Assembly: GCA_964016885.1 (NCBI GenBank)
Contig: OZ024750.1
Location: 24,676,001-24,740,000, forward strand
Length of the DNA: 64,000 nucleotides
From: Eledone cirrhosa
Lineage: Eukaryota
Direction: 5' to 3'
Made by a program: the position numbers and the translations under genes. Each line of letters starts with the position of its first letter. Position 1 is the stretch's first letter. Positions 57,526 through 64,000 of this stretch are shown piece after piece. Below the pieces are notes generated by a model. The model worked only from the letters and a program-made list of their open reading frames with translations. It was not told where the DNA came from and ran no database searches.

Positions 57526-58507
57526 GGGGGGGGCGTGTGTGTGGTTAAATTACCACTGAACATCATTAAGTTGTCTGCTATAGATTATCTGCAATAAAAG
57601 CCGAATAGACTGTGTGTAATAATATTTTATTATGTTTCAAATATTAAACTGTTGCCATAGTAAGAATACGACTTTCTGAAACATAGTCAACTGACAGAAA
57701 TACAGTCTCGTGGGCGGTTTTCTGCTCGTGTGCGTGTAAATGTGATTCGTAATGGGTCTATCTATTAATGTATCCAAATATATAAACCACATTTTTTTAC
57801 AAGCAAATGATATGAGCTCACACAGTCATATTTCGTTTTGTGGTTTATTTTATTAAATACAACGTTTATACAAGCAGTCGAAATGGGGTCCCTCCGAAGG
57901 CTCTTTGAAGTAACGTTACTTGATAGAGTGAATACCTCGGAGATCAGAGAGTCACTCCAGGTAGAGCCGCTACTTCTCCGAATTGAGTGATCACAGCTCC
58001 GATATTATGGGCATGTTGTTAGAATGTCTCAGGAAAGAATCTTAGGAGCGAAACCAACAGATAGGAGACCCAGGAGTAGACCGAACACCCCCCCCCACCC
58101 GCGAGCAAGATGGTTGGATGAAATGCATGAGCTTGGCTGGTAATGCTTTGGAATGGTTGCTTCTGACAGGACCCGCTGGAAGGAGTGTCTGAGGACTCTT
58201 CCCCCCACGACCCTCTCAAGAATAAGTTGGCCACGAAGAAGAAGAAGCAACGTTTATTCTCTTCAAAATGTTTGAGCCGGTTTAACACGACTGCCAGCCT
58301 TTCAGTATAAGCCTTTGAGTCAGGTTTCCGCCCAGAGAATACCTTCCTCCCACCTGTCTCTGAGGCCCTGAAGAGTATCATGGGCGTTGCCAGTTATCTT
58401 CCGATTAAGCCATTTAACTCTTTTCTTATCACGTTTCTAATAAAAGACACTACCGATGATTTTGAAATAATTTCTGAAGTTATCAAGACAGGAATTCTCA
58501 TTATTAA

Positions 58508-58700
58508 AGGCGATGGATTGGCAGTATCGGTAGAGGGTCGGACGCCATGCTTTGACGCATAAAGTTATGGCCCTTTATGGTCTGAGTTCAAATCCCGCCA
58601 AGGTTAACTTTGCCTTTCATCCTGACGGAGTCGATAAAATAAAGTACCAGTAATGCACTGGGTAATTGCTGGCCTTGTGCGAAAAGTAGAAACAATTATT
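58508..58700 (+). mobile_element. SINE family A
   Basis: Homology to other copies. Confidence 0.9.
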
Positions 58701-58710
58701 AAGGGTGTTT

Positions 58711-59720
58711 GGAACATAGCTCAACAAAGATTCTTACACAAAATTCTGATGGAAGGTTTTTAGATAAATATAAACAGCTTTTTATTAGGGGCAGTTTCCG
58801 GTAGTTTCGTATCAAATGATGAAGGTGGCGTGGAGAACATAGCTCAACAAAGATTCTTGCATAAAATTATGATGCAAGATTTTAAAATAAATATAAACAC
58901 CTTAAAATAAACAGCTTTGTATTAGGGGCAGTTTTAGGTAGTTTGGTATCAAATGATAAATGTGGCGTGGAGAACATAGCTCAACAAAGATTCTTGCATA
59001 AAATTATGATGCAAGATTTGAAAATAAATATAAACACCTTAAAATAAACAGCTTTGCATTAGGGCAGTTTGGTATCAAATGATGAAGGTGGCGTGGAGAA
59101 CATAGCTCAACAAAGATTCTTGCATAAAATTATGATGCAAGATTTTTAAATAAATATAAACACTTTAAAATAAACAGCTTTGCATTAGGGGCAGTTTTAG
59201 GTAGTTTGGTATCAAATGATAAAGGTGGCGTGGAGAACATAGCTCAACAAAGATTCTTGCATAAAATTATGATGCAAGATTTGAAAATAAATATAAACAC
59301 CTTAAAATAAACAGCTTTGCATTAGGGCAGTTTTAGGTAGTTTGGTATCAAATGATGAAGGTGGCGTGGAGAACATAGCTCAACAAAGATTCTTGCATAA
59401 AATTATGATGCAAGATTTTTAAATAAATATAAACACTTTAAAATAAACAGCTTTGCATTAGGGGCAGTTTTAGGTAGTTTGGTATCAAATGATAAAGGTG
59501 GCATGGAGAACATAGCTCAACAAAGATTCTTGCATAAAATTATGATGCAAGATTTTAAAATAAATATAAACAATTTAAAATAAACAGCTTTGCATTAGGG
59601 GCAGTTTTAGGTAGTTTGGTATCAAATGATAAAGGTGGCGTGGAGAACATAGCTCAACAAAGATTCTTGCATAAAATTATGATGCAAGATTTTTAAATAA
59701 ATATAAACACTTTAAAACAA
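58711..59720. repeat. ~137-bp tandem satellite, ~7.5 copies
   Basis: Period 58835 to 58972; internal hairpin TCTTGCAT...ATGCAAGA. Confidence 0.95.
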
Positions 59721-60016
59721 CTTTGTACCATAGAACCTGAAATAGTTTCAGGCGGTTTGGTATTAAAAGAATGAAAGAAAAAGAATATTGCAGAATTTTC
59801 TTTCATCTCATCAATGATGTCCATCGGGACTTTTTACTGAAATGAAAGCGTTACGTAACTATTTCCATGTGGAGGTGCAGAGGGGGGGTGTATCACTTTA
59901 GCAGGGTTTTGATTTTGTTGTTTTATTTTGTTTTTTTTTATTGAAAATGTGTTATTTGTGTGTATGACTGGGTGTGAGAGATACGAAAGAGTGTTTGTGT
60001 TATATATATATGTGTT

Positions 60017-60080
<64 letters not shown>

Positions 60081-60083
<3 letters not shown>

Positions 60084-60152
60084 TTAATATAGATGAGATT
60101 CTACAGGACTAGAACTGTTTCATTCTTTAGAAATCATCAGCCCGTAATAACG
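60081..60152. mobile_element. PLE family B remnant (hammerhead lacking 5' stem I on -, fused to tail terminus)
   Basis: Matches 11746-11796 and ends CCCGTAATAACG, like the family B tail end. Confidence 0.75.
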
Positions 60153-60205
<53 letters not shown>

Positions 60206-60296
60206 CGAAGGAAATGTGGTAAGGAACCAGGTGGACCATAACGCACCAAAGTACTCAATACTTGAGGTAGTAGAGTGGGTAATAGGAACCAGTAAG

Positions 60297-60390
60297 ACCC
60301 CGACAGCTGAGCTCAAGCCGTTTCGACGGCTAATTCTGGACTAAATGAACATTTATCCTGGTATTTAAATAGCCGATCTTCTCAAGGGGT
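60297..60390 (-). ncRNA. Type I hammerhead ribozyme with U3-A8 core and long stem II (family A)
   Basis: ACCCC UUGAGAA GA(U)CGGCUA...UAGCCGUC GAAA CGGC-UUGAGCUCA-GCUG UC GGGGU; GUC cleavage between 60302 and 60301; stem I can extend via GGAAU/GUUCC. Confidence 0.8.
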
Positions 60391-61488
60391 AATTCCATAT
60401 ATGGTCAAAGTGATTGTCAAAAATCAGTAGTAATTCTGTGGTTGCAAATTAGTAGGGGAGATGGTGGCTAAACCTGCCAGTAGGAGAAAGAGGGGAGGGG
60501 GTGGAGTAGACCCAATCAAGCGTTGGTAGTGCCAGCTACAGCTGGGCATGAGGTCAAAGAAGATACAGGGGAGGGGGAGGGGGAGGAAGTCGGAACGGTA
60601 GGTAGAACAATGGGGGGTAGAAATAGGAAAGAAAAAATACTGAGAGTGAAGAAAAGCAAATAAGTGTAAAGAAAAAATTAAATTCTACGACCTAGGTGTC
60701 AGGCTATTGTTAGGCGAGAATAAAATAAAGAAAGAAAGAAAGAAGTAAATAAATAAATAAATAAATAAATAAGGAAATACGTAAAAGAACTAGGTGGGAC
60801 GAATTAGGCAAGGACCCTTTTAAGAGGTATAAGTACGTAAATGATACGGTGACTGGTCAACAAAAGGGGCCAAAATACTAAAGAGACTACCACGAAATAA
60901 ACAATAAAGGTTTCCATCCCGGGCCAGCAACGACCCAGTGCAGCAAAGTGAACTTGTACGACATAATAATTCTGAGTCCCGAGAAAAATATATACTAATG
61001 CTAACTCTAAAAGATCTAAAACAAGCTACATGAAAGTTCGTACGAAATAAAGGTAGAATACGGAGAAATAAGTTCAGAATCCACCCCGCCCAGAAGAAAA
61101 GCGAAGCAAGAAATACTGAAACGAAAAAATAAGGCATAAGTGCCACTAAGAAATATAGAGGGCACAGAGAATAGTGGGAGCGGTCGGAAAAGGGGGGCAA
61201 GTATCCGGGGTCTAAGCCAACTGCTATAAAGGGCGGCGTCCGCCAAATCTATCAAAGACTAGGGGAGGGGGGAGTGGGGGTACTAAGGCTACATGGGGCC
61301 AAAGGGCAGCCTCGGGTGGGCGAGAAAAGACGCCGACAAAGGAGAAGAGCTGGGGTAGAAGGACAAAGGAGAGAGGGGGGAAGGAAATAAAGGATGCGAT
61401 AAAAGAATACAAAGAGGATCTTACGTCTTCCTTGGCAAGCAGGGGTTACCCATTGCAAAATCGGCAACTGGGGTGTTATAGCCCTAGT

Positions 61489-62487
61489 CTACCCCCCCGG
61501 GTCATTATGGGGTTTGAGGGCGAGGTAAGTCCTACGCAATCTATGTTTACATGCAGTAACCAGTTCATCTTTCTTGTTTAGGAGTTGGTCCGTCGAAAAC
61601 AGCATTTGTAAAGTTTCCTCCGAGCATAAATTGCACGGACGGCGTCCTCCCGTGTAAGAATTGGCTCTGGACAGTAATCTCCAAGTGAGATCATAGGTGA
61701 TGTTGTTGTCCTTGAGGTCCCATATGTGGCCCGAAAGTGTAGTGGCGTGACGCCGGGCCGGGTTTCGGAAGGTATGTCTATGTTGGTATAGCCGGGTCTT
61801 GAAGTCACATGCGGTAAGTCCTATATAGGCTTTGTTGGAGGTATCCGTCCTCACGTTGCACTGGTAGATCACATTACGGTCTCTGCATCTATTGTCGAGT
61901 GGGCAAATAGATCTATCCGGGCAGTTACACCTCCTGGTCGGTTCTCCACTGCTATTTAGGTTATTTCTGCCATCGGGGTTGAGTTTTTTGTTGTTAGAGG
62001 AGACGATGTTTTGTGCGAAGTTTGGTGTAGTGCTGTAAGAGAGTTTGATGGTATTTTTGTTAATTATGTTGTGGTAGCGGTGTTGTAATGGGAAGTGTTT
62101 TTCAATGAGCCTAAAGAATAGTTTCCCGATGGGAGTAGTCACCTCTGCGTTGTGGGGAGGATTGAACCATGTTACATTGCGTGAGCGGCGGTGTCTCCTG
62201 CTGGTTCCGCTAATGGGATCTGGACAGTAGGATATTTCCTCCCGGAAACCACTCCGCTTGAGGGCCTGGTTGTAATAAGGCGCATGTTCATCGAATATCC
62301 GCTCATTAGCTGACAAACGGGATATGCGGAGGGAGATGTTTTTGACCAGGTTGTTTGTGATGTTCCTAGGATGGTTTGATCGGCGGTGGATGTAGTGCAG
62401 AATGTCATTAGGTTTCCTGTATGGGTAGTACAGGTCGTTTTCGAGGTCGAGGGTTACGTCCAGGAAGTTTACTCGGGTCAGGGACGT
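61489..62487 (-). CDS. PLE polyprotein fragment: RT C-terminus/thumb, Cys-rich linker, GIY-YIG endonuclease
   Basis: VNFLDVTL, YRKP, YIHxxSNHP, WFNPP, KLSYS, CNC..CPL...C, VIY...YIG.T...FK.R...H, CNLCSEE, LLNKK, CKH; no stops or frameshifts; no genuine start codon. Confidence 0.9.
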   Translation of the reverse strand, partial: TSLTRVNFLDVTLDLENDLYYPYRKPNDILHYIHRRSNHPRNITNNLVKNISLRISRLSANERIFDEHAPYYNQALKRSGFREEISYCPDPISGTSRRHRRSRNVTWFNPPHNAEVTTPIGKLFFRLIEKHFPLQHRYHNIINKNTIKLSYSTTPNFAQNIVSSNNKKLNPDGRNNLNSSGEPTRRCNCPDRSICPLDNRCRDRNVIYQCNVRTDTSNKAYIGLTACDFKTRLYQHRHTFRNPARRHATTLSGHIWDLKDNNITYDLTWRLLSRANSYTGGRRPCNLCSEETLQMLFSTDQLLNKKDELVTACKHRLRRTYLALKPHNDPGG

Positions 62488-62488
62488 T

Positions 62489-64000
62489 TGCACTACATCC
62501 ACCGCCGATCAAACCATCCTAGGAACATCACAAACAACCTGGTCAAAAACATCTCCCTCCGCATATCCCGTTTGTCAGCTAATGAGCGGATATTCGATGA
62601 ACATGCGCCTTATTACAACCAGGCCCTCAAGCGGAGTGGTTTCCGGGAGGAAATATCCTACTGTCCAGATCCCATTAGCGGAACCAGCAGGAGACACCGC
62701 CGCTCACGCAATGTAACATGGTTCAATCCTCCCCACAACGCAGAGGTGACTACTCCCATCGGGAAACTATTCTTTAGGCTCATTGAAAAACACTTCCCAT
62801 TACAACACCGCTACCACAACATAATTAACAAAAATACCATCAAACTCTCTTACAGCACTACACCAAACTTCGCACAAAACATCGTCTCCTCTAACAACAA
62901 AAAACTCAACCCCGATGGCAGAAATAACCTAAATAGCAGTGGAGAACCGACCAGGAGGTGTAACTGCCCGGATAGATCTATTTGCCCACTCGACAATAGA
63001 TGCAGAGACCGTAATGTGATCTACCAGTGCAACGTGAGGACGGATACCTCCAACAAAGCCTATATAGGACTTACCGCATGTGACTTCAAGACCCGGCTAT
63101 ACCAACATAGACATACCTTCCGAAACCCGGCCCGGCGTCACGCCACTACACTTTCGGGCCACATATGGGACCTCAAGGACAACAACATCACCTATGATCT
63201 CACTTGGAGATTACTGTCCAGAGCCAATTCTTACACGGGAGGACGCCGTCCGTGCAATTTATGCTCGGAGGAAACTTTACAAATGCTGTTTTCGACGGAC
63301 CAACTCCTAAACAAGAAAGATGAACTGGTTACTGCATGTAAACATAGATTGCGTAGGACTTACCTCGCCCTCAAACCCCATAATGACCCGGGGGGGTAGA
63401 CTAGGGCTATAACACCCCAGTTGCCGATTTTGCAATGGGTAACCCCTGCTTGCCAAGGAAGACGTAAGATCCTCTTTGTATTCTTTTATCGCATCCTTTA
63501 TTTCCTTCCCCCCTCTCTCCTTTGTCCTTCTACCCCAGCTCTTCTCCTTTGTCGGCGTCTTTTCTCGCCCACCCGAGGCTGCCCTTTGGCCCCATGTAGC
63601 CTTAGTACCCCCACTCCCCCCTCCCCTAGTCTTTGATAGATTTGGCGGACGCCGCCCTTTATAGCAGTTGGCTTAGACCCCGGATACTTGCCCCCCTTTT
63701 CCGACCGCTCCCACTATTCTCTGTGCCCTCTATATTTCTTAGTGGCACTTATGCCTTATTTTTTCGTTTCAGTATTTCTTGCTTCGCTTTTCTTCTGGGC
63801 GGGGTGGATTCTGAACTTATTTCTCCGTATTCTACCTTTATTTCGTACGAACTTTCATGTAGCTTGTTTTAGATCTTTTAGAGTTAGCATTAGTATATAT
63901 TTTTCTCGGGACTCAGAATTATTATGTCGTACAAGTTCACTTTGCTGCACTGGGTCGTTGCTGGCCCGGGATGGAAACCTTTATTGTTTATTTCGTGGTA
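62489..64000 (+). mobile_element. Penelope-like element, inverted right arm (runs off the window)
   Basis: Reverse complement of 60888-62399; lengths match exactly (1512 bp). Confidence 0.92.
62491..63399 (+). CDS. PLE thumb plus GIY-YIG fragment, inverted duplicate
   Basis: Translation identical to the minus copy from HYIHRRSNHP to the stop. Confidence 0.88.
   Translation, partial: HYIHRRSNHPRNITNNLVKNISLRISRLSANERIFDEHAPYYNQALKRSGFREEISYCPDPISGTSRRHRRSRNVTWFNPPHNAEVTTPIGKLFFRLIEKHFPLQHRYHNIINKNTIKLSYSTTPNFAQNIVSSNNKKLNPDGRNNLNSSGEPTRRCNCPDRSICPLDNRCRDRNVIYQCNVRTDTSNKAYIGLTACDFKTRLYQHRHTFRNPARRHATTLSGHIWDLKDNNITYDLTWRLLSRANSYTGGRRPCNLCSEETLQMLFSTDQLLNKKDELVTACKHRLRRTYLALKPHNDPGG

Larger units (their letters stand above)
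60204..62488 (-). mobile_element. Penelope-like element (Naiad-type), 5'-truncated, left arm
   Basis: RT C-terminus/thumb plus GIY-YIG ORF, ~1.1-kb 3' UTR, terminal hammerhead and tail ending in (TA)n. Confidence 0.92.

Noticed and set aside
57850-58400. Possible L1/Tx1 3' fragment on the minus strand
   Set aside because: Only vague motif similarity with stops and frameshifts; needs a profile search.
62386-62502. N-termini (MDVVQ...) of the two 337-aa ORFs
   Set aside because: Antisense read-through across the inversion junction; not genuine starts.
61489-63399. Selenocysteine recoding, which is reported for some Naiad elements
   Set aside because: Conserved Cys positions are ordinary Cys in the translation with no in-frame UGA, and I saw no clear SECIS.

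Overview
Eukaryotic, AT-rich, repeat-saturated DNA, most likely from an octopod cephalopod (inferred from the SINE families and the extreme (TA)n/(CATA)n content). No complete host gene is recognisable; there is one candidate signal-peptide exon. Nearly all ORFs in the track are microsatellite or minisatellite artefacts. Real coding remnants are a young, 5'-truncated, head-to-head inverted Penelope-like element (Naiad-type RT C-terminus plus GIY-YIG endonuclease, 60.2-64 kb), an R4/Dong-like RLE fragment and an RTE fragment. The main hidden signal is RNA-level. About a dozen type I hammerhead ribozyme motifs from at least five Penelope-like (PLE) families sit in (TA)n tracts, often as small asymmetric inverted insertions. 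They include U3-A8 compensatory cores, palindromic stem III loops and a shared module in stem II. Four families also carry a conserved 2-nt-bulged hairpin (YACUC-stem-loop-stem-UY-GAGUR) with covarying upper stems in their 3' tails. SINEs with TSDs, hAT and Tc1/pogo MITEs, a Helitron and many minisatellites make up the rest. All structures were folded by eye and need computational and experimental confirmation.
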